From NCBI GenBank assembly GCA_046290495.1, contig JBKAGT010000005.1:80039-144038 (forward strand): a stretch of 64,000 nt of DNA, in the 5' to 3' direction. The translations under genes were made by a program, and so were the position numbers. This DNA is from Chlorobiota bacterium (GTDB lineage: Bacteria; Bacteroidota; Ignavibacteria; Kapaibacteriales; UBA2268). The stretch's first letter is position 1; the number at the start of each line of letters is the position of its first letter. The notes under the pieces were generated by a model. The model was given only the letters and a program-made list of their open reading frames with translations. It searched no databases and had not been told where the DNA came from. Of this stretch, positions 18,790 to 28,394 are shown one piece after another.

Positions 18790-19977
18790 TTATTCCTTTA
18801 TTGTTGCTTTATTTGTTTGATTAATCCTAATTATACTAACAGTATCATCAACTGATAATATCTCATTACTCTTTATTCTTTTACCATCTTTTTCAATTAC
18901 TGAATATCCTTTTTGTAATGGTATTCTGGGGTCAATTTTTGTGAAAAGTTTATTGTAATTGTCAAACTTGGTTGCAATATTTGATAATTTATTCTCAATA
19001 TCTTTTTTCAAGTTTGACTCTAAGTTTGACAACAGTGTTGAGTAATTATTAAGAGTGTTTTTTACATTTGTTCTCATTAACTTATCAGCAACATTATCCA
19101 GCAGATTCATCTTTTCATTAAGGGAGTACGATATAATATTTCTAAGTTGAGTGCTATTTTCATCCAATGTTTGTCTTATTACATCTATAGTATTTACAGA
19201 TACTATTTCTGCAGCACCAGTAGGCGTGGGAGCTCTATGGTCAGCGACCAAATCGGCAATAGTGGTGTCTGTTTCGTGTCCTACACCAGCCACAATTGGA
19301 GTTTTAGCATTATATATTGCATCTGCAACAACCTTTGTATTATATGACCACAAGTCCTCAATCGAGCCACCACCTCGACCAATTATTAGAACATCAAGGT
19401 CTAATTTATCCAGTTCATTTATTGCTTTTGCTATTTGATTTTCCGAACCAGTTCCTTGAACCATTACAGGATAAAAGTAAACCTCAGCAAAGGGAGCTCT
19501 TCTCTCTAACGTAGATAATATATCCCTAACAGCAGCGCCAGTTGCAGATGTAGAAACACCAATTTTCTGTGGGATAATATTCCACTGCTTTTTATTCTCA
19601 ACGTCGAAATAACCTAACTCCAATAGCTCCTGTTTTAATTTCTCATACGCTAAATGAAGATCACCTAGACCTTTCTCACGAACACTAGAAACAACTAATT
19701 GGTAACTTCCTCTCGGAGGATAGACTGAAATTGAACCACTTATTTCTACTTTTTTACCACTCTCTAATGGGAAGTTAGCTCGAGTAGATCTCCACATTAC
19801 ACAAGAAATTTGAGCTTTATCATCTTTTAGAGTGAAATACTTGTGTCCTGATGATGCAGCTGTATAGTTAGAAATCTCACCAGAAACTTTAATATTGGAG
19901 AAATCTGTCTCAAGTTTTCCTTTTATTTTTTGAGTTAGCTGTGATACAGTTTCTACATTTGTATCTAAATCGAACAT
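18790..19977 (-). CDS. xseA: Exodeoxyribonuclease VII large subunit
   Basis: GEISN, SGHKYFTLKD, GRGGGSIEDLW, GVGHETD and APTPTGAAE. Start re-assigned to ATG 19977 because the track start overlaps ispF. Confidence 0.95.
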   Translation of the reverse strand: MFDLDTNVETVSQLTQKIKGKLETDFSNIKVSGEISNYTAASSGHKYFTLKDDKAQISCVMWRSTRANFPLESGKKVEISGSISVYPPRGSYQLVVSSVREKGLGDLHLAYEKLKQELLELGYFDVENKKQWNIIPQKIGVSTSATGAAVRDILSTLERRAPFAEVYFYPVMVQGTGSENQIAKAINELDKLDLDVLIIGRGGGSIEDLWSYNTKVVADAIYNAKTPIVAGVGHETDTTIADLVADHRAPTPTGAAEIVSVNTIDVIRQTLDENSTQLRNIISYSLNEKMNLLDNVADKLMRTNVKNTLNNYSTLLSNLESNLKKDIENKLSNIATKFDNYNKLFTKIDPRIPLQKGYSVIEKDGKRIKSNEILSVDDTVSIIRINQTNKATIKE

Positions 19978-20018
19978 ATTTTTTAAATTGTATTTTATTA
20001 TAAAACTAAAATAACAAA

Positions 20019-20495
20019 ATGATTGGTTTTGGATATGATTTGCACAAATTGGTTGAGGGTGAATCTTTAATATTAGGTGGGGTAGAGATTGACTCACCAA
20101 TAGGTACACTAGCTCACAGTGATGGTGATGTGCTTATTCACTCTATTGTAGATGCAATACTTGGTGCAATGGGAGAAGGCGATATAGGTGAACATTTTCC
20201 TGACACAGACCAAAAGAATAAGGATATAGACAGCAAAGAAATTTTAAGTCATACACTTAATCTAATGAATGAAAATGGTTATTCTTTGGTAAATACTGAC
20301 AATACTATTGTATTAGAAAAGCCTAAACTATCTCAATTTAAAGAAGCAATAAGAAAATCAGTAGCAAGTCTATTAGATTTAGATGAAAAAAGAGTAAATA
20401 TAAAAGCAACGACAAACGAAAAACAAGACTCAATGGGACGTGGGGATTCGATTGTTGTATATAGTATATGTCAATTAAAAAGAAATAATTTATAG
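20019..20495 (+). CDS. ispF: 2-C-methyl-D-erythritol 2,4-cyclodiphosphate synthase
   Basis: GFGYDLH, HSDGDVLIH, DIGEHFPD and NIKATTNE. Confidence 0.96.
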   Translation: MIGFGYDLHKLVEGESLILGGVEIDSPIGTLAHSDGDVLIHSIVDAILGAMGEGDIGEHFPDTDQKNKDIDSKEILSHTLNLMNENGYSLVNTDNTIVLEKPKLSQFKEAIRKSVASLLDLDEKRVNIKATTNEKQDSMGRGDSIVVYSICQLKRNNL

Positions 20496-20518
20496 TATTA
20501 AAAAAAATAGGTAAATAG

Positions 20519-21406
20519 ATGGATATAAAAGATATAATGGTATTAGGTGCTGGGCAAATGGGCAATGGAATAGCTCATGTATTAGCTCAAAAAGGATATA
20601 ATGTAATTCTTTGCGATATAAATCAAGAAGGATTAGACAAGGGATTGGCAACAATCAACAAGAATTTATCAAGAATGGTGTCGAAAGAAAAGATAAGTGA
20701 AGATGATAAGAATGATACTTTATCAAGAATAACTGGTACTACTAATCAAGAAGATGGAAAAGATGTTCAGTTAGTGATTGAGGCAGTTACTGAGAACAAG
20801 GATTTGAAGTTCAAGATATTTGAAAACTTAGATAATATCATTAATCCAGATGCTATCTTAGCTTCAAACACATCGACAATTTCAATTACTGAGATTGCTG
20901 CAGCTACAAAAAGACCTGACAAAGTTGTGGGTATGCACTTTATGAACCCTGTGCCGGTGATGAAATTAGTTGAGCTAATACGTGGTCTTGCTACAAGTGA
21001 TGAAGTTTACAATGCTATTCACGCACTAACAGAAGATATAAATAAGATACCTGTTCTGGCAAATGACTACCCAGGGTTTATTGCTAATAGAATATTATTA
21101 CCTTTTATCAACGAAGCTTGTTTCGCTCTTATGGAAGGTGTAGGTACAGTTGACGGTATTGATACAGTTGCTAAACTTGGTTTTGCACACCCAATGGGGC
21201 CATTGCTTTTGGCTGATTTCATAGGTTTAGATACTTGTCTTGCTATATTAGAGGTGTTGCATAATGACTTGGCTGACCCTAAGTACAGACCTTGTCCACT
21301 ATTGAAGAAAGTAGTTGCTTCTGGTAATTATGGTAGAAAATCAGGAAACGGTTTCTATGACTATTCTTCGGGCACACCAGAACCAAATAGCTTCAATGTG
21401 TTTTAG
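20519..21406 (+). CDS. hbd: 3-hydroxybutyryl-CoA dehydrogenase
   Basis: [39 protein letters not shown] and GRKSG. Confidence 0.92.
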   Translation: MDIKDIMVLGAGQMGNGIAHVLAQKGYNVILCDINQEGLDKGLATINKNLSRMVSKEKISEDDKNDTLSRITGTTNQEDGKDVQLVIEAVTENKDLKFKIFENLDNIINPDAILASNTSTISITEIAAATKRPDKVVGMHFMNPVPVMKLVELIRGLATSDEVYNAIHALTEDINKIPVLANDYPGFIANRILLPFINEACFALMEGVGTVDGIDTVAKLGFAHPMGPLLLADFIGLDTCLAILEVLHNDLADPKYRPCPLLKKVVASGNYGRKSGNGFYDYSSGTPEPNSFNVF

Positions 21407-21460
21407 ATAAATATATAGAAGCATTGAGCGTAGTTGAAATGATTTTAATTAAATAGTAAC

Positions 21461-21494
21461 AAGCCCATTTAGAAATTCTCTAAATGGGTTTTTT
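21461..21494 (+). terminator. Rho-independent terminator after hbd
   Basis: AAGCCCATTTAGA-AATTC-TCTAAATGGGTT followed by TTTT. Confidence 0.85.
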
Positions 21495-21587
21495 GTATTT
21501 CATGAATTGTGAGTTGATAACAATAATTGCTACTTAGAAATAAGTTAATTATATTCAGCAGTGGATATTAAATAACAATGATAATAT

Positions 21588-22388
21588 ATGTCAAAAATAA
21601 ACAAATTAGAAGTAGCAGAAACTGTTTACCAGTTTAAAAATAAAATTGTAATTGTTTCAGATAGTATAACTCAAAGTAGTAGAGATTATATTTCAAGAGA
21701 TGAAGTATTAGATATTTATTATAATTCACAGAGTATTTTTAATAGTGAAACAATTGTATTGCTTACAATTTTCGCCATAGGAATAGCAATAATAGGTATT
21801 ATGATACCCCTATGGCAAAGAAAAAATTTAAAAGATACAGAAAGAAGGCTAGAAAAAGAAAGTAAAAATAATGAAAATAGAATCAACAGAGAGCTTAATC
21901 AATATAGATTAGATATTAATGAATTCAAGAAAAATATTGATTTAAAAATAAAAAATAAAATAGAAGTTACTTTAGATGAGCATAAAAAAGAATTATCTAA
22001 CATTATATACAATGAATTAGCTGACTCAAGAAAAGAAAGTAATTTATTAAATTACTTTACAGATATTAAGAGGGATATTAAAGAAGGTTTAATTCAAGAT
22101 GGACTTCATACATTAATTTACTCTTTGAATGAATATTTGGGTTTTAATAATGAAACTTATTTAAATGTAATTAATGAATTATTTAAAGTTATTCAATTAA
22201 GATTTCAAAAAAATGAAAAATTATTTGTTAGAAAAGAAACATTCGAATTTGCTAAGTCAATTATTAAAGAATATTATAATCACAAAGAAACAAAATATCA
22301 TAATGATAATTTATTAAACGAAACAATAGAAATACTTGCTAAATTCTTGGATAGTCTTGTTGACAGAGTTTATGATGATAATAAATAG
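21588..22388 (+). CDS. Hypothetical protein (single TM helix + coiled coil)
   Basis: 266-aa ORF, hydrophobic IVLLTIFAIGIAIIGIMIPLW, strongly AT-rich codons. Confidence 0.6.
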   Translation: MSKINKLEVAETVYQFKNKIVIVSDSITQSSRDYISRDEVLDIYYNSQSIFNSETIVLLTIFAIGIAIIGIMIPLWQRKNLKDTERRLEKESKNNENRINRELNQYRLDINEFKKNIDLKIKNKIEVTLDEHKKELSNIIYNELADSRKESNLLNYFTDIKRDIKEGLIQDGLHTLIYSLNEYLGFNNETYLNVINELFKVIQLRFQKNEKLFVRKETFEFAKSIIKEYYNHKETKYHNDNLLNETIEILAKFLDSLVDRVYDDNK

Positions 22389-22494
22389 AACAAAAGTGAT
22401 AACCCCTAACAAAAAAAGCAAATATAATCGGCTAGTGTGCGAATATATTTAAACGGGAAGAAATATATCTTAAAACTAAATTGGAATATTAGTT

Positions 22495-23259
22495 ATGAAT
22501 AAGGAACTTTTTTTAATGAATGAATTTGATTCGATGGAAATACCTGATTGGCCTTGTCCGAGCTGTGAAAGAGGTGTTTTAAAAATAGATACTAGTGTTA
22601 AGGGGAAAAATAATAGCATTGATATCTATGATACTAATTGGACTAAGGAAGCAATAAAACATGACGAGTATCAACCAGATTGGGATTTGACTAGATTTCA
22701 TGGTTACTTAATATGTTCCAATTGTGAAGATAGAATAACTATTTATGGAAATGGAAGAAAAAAGGAAGAGTATTTACTAAATAAAGCACATTACCGTGAT
22801 TTATTAACTCCTTTGAACTTTAATCCTCCTTTGAATATTATAAAAATTAATAATGAATGTCCTATTGAAATTAAAAATTTAATCGAAGATTCGTTTAATC
22901 TGTATTGGCTTGATTTATCCAGTTGTGCAAATAAAATTAGGATAAGCATTGAGTTAATTTTAACTCAAAAAAAAGTAAAAAAAACCACTATTAATAATAG
23001 AGGAAAACGTATTCCGCTAAATCTACAAAATAGAATCGATATTTTTAAGAATAAGAATGAAAAAATAGCTGAAAAGTTAACAGCAATAAAATGGATAGGA
23101 AATATAGGTAGTCATCATGGTGAAATAACAAAAAATAAAATATTAAAAGCCTATGAAATTCTCGAAATAGTTTTAAATGACATATATGACAACTCAACAA
23201 AACGAATTAATAAAAGTATCAAAATAATAAATGATAGTAAAGGAAAAAAAATAGTTTGA
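22495..23259 (+). CDS. DUF4145 (HEPN-like) protein with N-terminal Zn-ribbon
   Basis: CPSC...CSNC pairs; SCANKIRISIELIL, LQNRI and KWIGNIGSH match the DUF4145 pattern. Confidence 0.75.
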   Translation: MNKELFLMNEFDSMEIPDWPCPSCERGVLKIDTSVKGKNNSIDIYDTNWTKEAIKHDEYQPDWDLTRFHGYLICSNCEDRITIYGNGRKKEEYLLNKAHYRDLLTPLNFNPPLNIIKINNECPIEIKNLIEDSFNLYWLDLSSCANKIRISIELILTQKKVKKTTINNRGKRIPLNLQNRIDIFKNKNEKIAEKLTAIKWIGNIGSHHGEITKNKILKAYEILEIVLNDIYDNSTKRINKSIKIINDSKGKKIV

Positions 23260-23330
23260 CTACAAGCATAGTTTTGTGAATTACACTTCAAATATAATAA
23301 TTTCTCATCGTAACAATTAGTGATACTTAA

Positions 23331-24008
23331 ATGCCATTTGAAATACTAGAATTTATTGTAAAATTACCAACGTATTTAGGGAGTTGGTTAGATTTCTTAA
23401 TGCTCTTAATTACTGTTTCAGCGGTTTTAGTTGCTTTGTTTAATGAAAGGATTAATAGATATTTCAATAGAATAGAACTTGAGATTGTTGACACTAAAAA
23501 AATATTTTTTGAACCACATTTTCAATCAGAAGAAGACATTCATATCTTTCTTAAGTATTATCTGAAAGTTAAAAACATAAATGGAAAAACTTTAATAAAA
23601 AATGCTAAAATAAGACTTCTAAGGATTTCCCAAGAAACTGATGATGAACCGTTTATTTACGAGTTCACAGAAGAAGCCCTATTTAAATGGAATAATTTAG
23701 AAAATGATTCATTTAAAGCTTCATTTTTAAATTCCAACTTATTTTATTTTGGATATATATATGAAAACTCAAATACTAACAAATTTAGTCCATTTTACAT
23801 TTCAAAAGAATCATTCTTCTTAAATGGTGTTGCCCAAAATCAAAGAAAAATATATGAAATTGAAATTTTAGCTGATAATTTTATTAGTAAAGATTATTTT
23901 TATATTCAAGTATCCTATGATGGAATTATAATAAATGACATGAAAGAGCAATTGAAGCATTTAAAGATAAATATTGTAAATAGTATTGATGATTTTAATG
24001 TTAATTGA
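23331..24008 (+). CDS. Hypothetical protein (N-terminal TM helix)
   Basis: 225-aa ORF, LMLLITVSAVLVALF helix followed by a beta-rich region; AT-rich. Confidence 0.6.
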   Translation: MPFEILEFIVKLPTYLGSWLDFLMLLITVSAVLVALFNERINRYFNRIELEIVDTKKIFFEPHFQSEEDIHIFLKYYLKVKNINGKTLIKNAKIRLLRISQETDDEPFIYEFTEEALFKWNNLENDSFKASFLNSNLFYFGYIYENSNTNKFSPFYISKESFFLNGVAQNQRKIYEIEILADNFISKDYFYIQVSYDGIIINDMKEQLKHLKINIVNSIDDFNVN

Positions 24009-24038
24009 GTAAACTTTAAATTATACTCCCACTCCCCC

Positions 24039-24662
24039 CTAAAACATATAAGTCAAGCCAAGTTTAGCATTAACGTGGTCCAATGACAGCTCTGCACTAT
24101 TGCGTGATTCCATAAATATCAAATTATAATTTACAAGTACATCTATTGCTAAGGCATCTCCAAAAGGCGAACGAACTTTCAGAGCAGGTGCAATACCAAA
24201 ACCATTTGTAGAAAATACTCTTCGTAAAGCAGTATTTCTTCTATTATTTTCATATAAAAAATCGTCAACTATATATTCCCCATATATATAGGAAAGTCCA
24301 CCACCAAAAAAGAATTTTACATTATTAACTTCACCTATGTTTCTATAATAGTTAAAAGTAAGTGGATATATTCTATATCTATAGTGTCTTTCTATGTCCG
24401 TATTTCCATCTAAAGGAATTATTTCAGCGAAATTAGCATTCAATTCTAATGAGTTCTTATTATCAATATTATATGCGAGTATTAAACCATAGTTAAGTGC
24501 ATTATCCCAAAATATTGATTTCTCGTGAGTTATTATGCTATAACCAGCATTTATTCCAACCTCAAAATGGTTTATATTATCTGAATATGGATTATAGTCT
24601 TCTGCAAATAAAGGTATAGCTATAAGTAATGAAAAGATTGTGATTGGAATAGATTTAAGCAT
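24039..24662 (-). CDS. Outer membrane beta-barrel protein (OmpW/porin-like)
   Basis: Signal peptide, alternating amphipathic strands (FFFGGGLSY), C-terminal LGLTYMF BAM signature. Confidence 0.75.
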   Translation of the reverse strand: MLKSIPITIFSLLIAIPLFAEDYNPYSDNINHFEVGINAGYSIITHEKSIFWDNALNYGLILAYNIDNKNSLELNANFAEIIPLDGNTDIERHYRYRIYPLTFNYYRNIGEVNNVKFFFGGGLSYIYGEYIVDDFLYENNRRNTALRRVFSTNGFGIAPALKVRSPFGDALAIDVLVNYNLIFMESRNSAELSLDHVNAKLGLTYMF

Positions 24663-24834
24663 TGATTTTAACTTTTTTAGTTTCTTTTTTCGGCAATATA
24701 AAACTTTAACTACCTACATCAAAAAGCAATAATTTTAGAGCTTTGTTTAGTACTATTAATATTACTCAGTATTAGTAGAATTGAATGAAAATACGTATTT
24801 TAGTACGATTTAGAATATAAAAAATCCTATTAAA

Positions 24835-27800
24835 ATGACTCAAATGAAAAATATTGAAATTTATAAACCAGAACATCATATTCGCATTGTAACAGCAGCA
24901 TCTCTATTCGATGGTCACGATGTTGCAATCAATATAATGAGACGTATTTTACAATCAACAGGGGCAGAAGTGATTCACTTAGGACACAACCGTAGCGTTG
25001 CTGAAATAGTTGATTGCGCAATACAAGAAGATGCTCAGGGAATAGCGCTTACTTCATATCAAGGTGGGCATACAGAATACTTAAAGTATATGTATGACTT
25101 AATAAAAGAAAGAGGAGCTAACATAAAGATATATGCTGGTGGAGGTGGCACAATCCTTCCAGAAGAGATTGATGAACTCCATGAATATGGAATTGATAGA
25201 GTTTACTCTCCTGATGATGGTAGAGAGCTGGGCTTACAAGGTATGATAAATGATGTTATCAAAGGTTGTGACTTTTCAACTCTAAAAGTAAATGATGAAA
25301 AGATAGATGATACTATTAAGTCATCATTGAGTAATCTAAATAAAAACGACAAGCAATCAATCGGTAGATTAATAACTGCAGCTGAGAATTATGAAGAAGA
25401 TTATCTTAACTTTGTTGGTGATGTAGAATCAAAAATTGAACGACGAATTCCTGTTCTAGGAATAACTGGAACTGGTGGTGCTGGTAAATCATCGATGATA
25501 GATGAGTTAGTGCGAAGATTTATTATGGATTTTGAAGATAAATCAATAGCTGTAATCTCTGTAGACCCATCTAAAAGAAAGACTGGTGGGGCATTGCTTG
25601 GCGATAGAATTCGTATGAACTCAATCAATAATGATAGAGTTTATATGCGCTCGCTCGCTACAAGGCAATCAAATCTATCTATGAGTAATCACGTTCAGCA
25701 TGCTATTAATATCTGCAAGGCAGCAGATTTTGATATGATAATAGTGGAAACTTCGGGTATCGGACAATCTGACACTGAAATTACAAACCACTCAGATGTA
25801 TCTATGTATGTAATGACTGCCGAATATGGTGCAGCTACACAGCTTGAAAAGATTGATATGCTTGATTTTGCTGATATTATTGCTATTAACAAATTCGATA
25901 AACGTGGGTCACAAGATGCATTAAGAGATGTGAAAAAGCAATATAAACGCAATCATTTAATGTTCGAAACTCCCGATGAAGATTTACCTATATATGGTAC
26001 AATAGCTTCACAATTCAATGATCCAGGTACAAATGTATTATATAAAAGAATAATAGACACATTGGTTGAAAAAACTGAAGTTACTCATCTAAATAGCACT
26101 TTCGAAGTTACTGATGAGATGTCAAAGAAAATATATATCATCCCACCTGAAAGAGTCAGATACTTAGCTGAGATTAAAGAGAACAGTGAACAGTATAATG
26201 ATTTTGTTGAGAAACAAGTATCTATAGCAAGAAAGATGTATCAACTAAAAGGTACAATCGAGATAATCAATGAAAGAATTGGTGAGAAAAAAATTGATAT
26301 TGAAGAAGAGAATGGAATTGTTACTGCTATAGAATCAAAAACAGAAGCACCTGGTTATCTTGGTGAACTGATGGATGAATTCAAAAAGCTAAGTGAACAA
26401 TTAGACCCAGAATGTAAAAAATCTATTGACGATTGGGAAAATACGGTTGCACGTTATAAAGCTGACAAGTATCAGTTCAAAGTTAGAGATAAAGTTCTAG
26501 AACAAGATTTATATAGAAAATCACTGTCGGGAACTAAAATACCAAGAGTATCACTACCCAAATATAAAGATTGGGGAGATATATTAAACTGGATATTAAC
26601 TGAGAATGTACCAGGATTTTTCCCTTATTCTGCGGGTGTCTTTCCTCTTAAAAGAATTAATGAAGACCCAACTCGTATGTTTGCTGGTGAGGGTGGTCCA
26701 GAAAGGACAAATAGAAGATTCCATTATGTTTCTTCTGATATGGAAGCAAAGAGGTTATCAACTGCGTTCGACTCTGTTACACTTTATGGAGAAGACCCAG
26801 ACCACAGACCAGATATATATGGTAAAATAGGAAACTCAGGTGTTAGTATTGCTACATTAGATGATGCTAAAAAACTTTACTCTGGATTTGATTTATCAAG
26901 TCCAATGACTTCTGTATCAATGACTATCAATGGCCCTGCACCAATGCTGTTAGGCTTCTTTATGAATGCTGCTATCGATCAGCAGTGTGAGAAATATATA
27001 AAGGAAAATGGTCTTGAAGCAGAAGTAAACAGTAAAATTGAAGCTATATACAGAGAAAAAGGAGTGCCTAGACCAGAATACAATGGTGATTTGCCTAAGA
27101 CAAATGATGGGCTTGGCTTAATGCTTTTAGGCGTGACTGGTGATGAAGTTTTGGATGCTGAAATATATGAAAAAATCAAAGCAGACACATTAACTAAAGT
27201 TCGTGGAACTGTACAGGCAGACATTCTGAAAGAAGATCAGGCACAGAACACTTGTATATTTTCAACTGAATTTGCTCTCAGAATGATGGGAGATATTCAA
27301 CAATACTTTATTGATAAAGCTGTAAGGAATTTCTACTCAGTTTCAATCTCTGGTTATCATATAGCAGAGGCTGGTGCAAATCCAATTACTCAATTAGCAC
27401 TCACATTATCAAATGGTTTCACTTACGTGGAATACTATTTGAGTAGAGGAATGCATATTGATGATTTTGCTCCAAATTTATCTTTCTTCTTCTCGAATGG
27501 AGTTGATCCAGAATACTCTGTAATCGGTAGAGTTGCAAGAAGAATATGGGCAAAAGCGATGAAGTATAAATATGGTGGAAACTCTCGTTCACAGAAACTA
27601 AAATACCACATCCAAACTTCTGGTCGCTCACTACACGCACAAGAGATTGCATTCAATGATATTAGAACAACATTACAAGCACTTTATGCAATTTTTGACA
27701 ATTGTAATTCTTTACATACAAACGCTTATGATGAAGCTATAACTACTCCAACAGAGGAGAGTGTAAGAAGAGCGATCGCAATTCAAATGATAATAAACAA

Positions 27801-28302
27801 AGAGCTGGGTTTAGCTAAAAATGAAAACCCAATACAAGGATCTTTTATAATTGAAGAGCTGACTGACTTAGTAGAAGAAGCAGTTCTTAAAGAGTTTCAA
27901 AGCATATCTGAACGAGGCGGTGTACTTGGAGCTATGGAAAGAATGTACCAGCGTTCAAAAATACAAGAAGAGTCAATGTATTATGAACACAAAAAACACA
28001 GTGGGGAATTACCGCTGATTGGTGTAAATACATACTTAGACCCTAATGGTTCACCTACCATAGTTCCGAAGGAAGTTATTAGGTCAACAACTGAAGAAAA
28101 AGAATTTGCGATTGAAACTCTTAACAAATTCAAAGAAAGAAATAGCAATAAAGCTGAAGATGCTATCAAAAAACTTAAAAAAACTGCTATTGAAAATAGA
28201 AACACATTTGATTCACTTATGGAAGCAACTAAGTATTGCTCATTAGGGCAGATATCCAATGCACTCTACGAGGTTGGTGGGCAATACAGAAGAAATATGT
28301 AA
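24835..28302 (+). CDS. icmF: Fused isobutyryl-CoA mutase (B12-binding + MeaI GTPase + mutase)
   Basis: FDGHD B12 motif, GTGGAGKS P-loop, [12 protein letters not shown] (Phe specificity residue), [17 protein letters not shown] and GGQYRRNM end. Confidence 0.95.
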   Translation: MTQMKNIEIYKPEHHIRIVTAASLFDGHDVAINIMRRILQSTGAEVIHLGHNRSVAEIVDCAIQEDAQGIALTSYQGGHTEYLKYMYDLIKERGANIKIYAGGGGTILPEEIDELHEYGIDRVYSPDDGRELGLQGMINDVIKGCDFSTLKVNDEKIDDTIKSSLSNLNKNDKQSIGRLITAAENYEEDYLNFVGDVESKIERRIPVLGITGTGGAGKSSMIDELVRRFIMDFEDKSIAVISVDPSKRKTGGALLGDRIRMNSINNDRVYMRSLATRQSNLSMSNHVQHAINICKAADFDMIIVETSGIGQSDTEITNHSDVSMYVMTAEYGAATQLEKIDMLDFADIIAINKFDKRGSQDALRDVKKQYKRNHLMFETPDEDLPIYGTIASQFNDPGTNVLYKRIIDTLVEKTEVTHLNSTFEVTDEMSKKIYIIPPERVRYLAEIKENSEQYNDFVEKQVSIARKMYQLKGTIEIINERIGEKKIDIEEENGIVTAIESKTEAPGYLGELMDEFKKLSEQLDPECKKSIDDWENTVARYKADKYQFKVRDKVLEQDLYRKSLSGTKIPRVSLPKYKDWGDILNWILTENVPGFFPYSAGVFPLKRINEDPTRMFAGEGGPERTNRRFHYVSSDMEAKRLSTAFDSVTLYGEDPDHRPDIYGKIGNSGVSIATLDDAKKLYSGFDLSSPMTSVSMTINGPAPMLLGFFMNAAIDQQCEKYIKENGLEAEVNSKIEAIYREKGVPRPEYNGDLPKTNDGLGLMLLGVTGDEVLDAEIYEKIKADTLTKVRGTVQADILKEDQAQNTCIFSTEFALRMMGDIQQYFIDKAVRNFYSVSISGYHIAEAGANPITQLALTLSNGFTYVEYYLSRGMHIDDFAPNLSFFFSNGVDPEYSVIGRVARRIWAKAMKYKYGGNSRSQKLKYHIQTSGRSLHAQEIAFNDIRTTLQALYAIFDNCNSLHTNAYDEAITTPTEESVRRAIAIQMIINKELGLAKNENPIQGSFIIEELTDLVEEAVLKEFQSISERGGVLGAMERMYQRSKIQEESMYYEHKKHSGELPLIGVNTYLDPNGSPTIVPKEVIRSTTEEKEFAIETLNKFKERNSNKAEDAIKKLKKTAIENRNTFDSLMEATKYCSLGQISNALYEVGGQYRRNM

Positions 28303-28394
28303 ATCAGAATATCTTTGATTTTCTCAACACATTTTGAGATGAGAAAATTTGGAATTATATTAAAACAGATTAAATAACTAATAGATAGAATATA

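Noticed and set aside
19978-20109. N-terminal extension of xseA in the ORF track
   Set aside because: It overlaps ispF on the opposite strand and has no XseA-like sequence; the real start is ATG 19977.
24663-24834. Cobalamin riboswitch upstream of icmF
   Set aside because: The spacer is A/T-rich with no B12-box or GGGAA core. Likewise no SAH riboswitch before ahcY and no glycine riboswitch before the TRIC gene.
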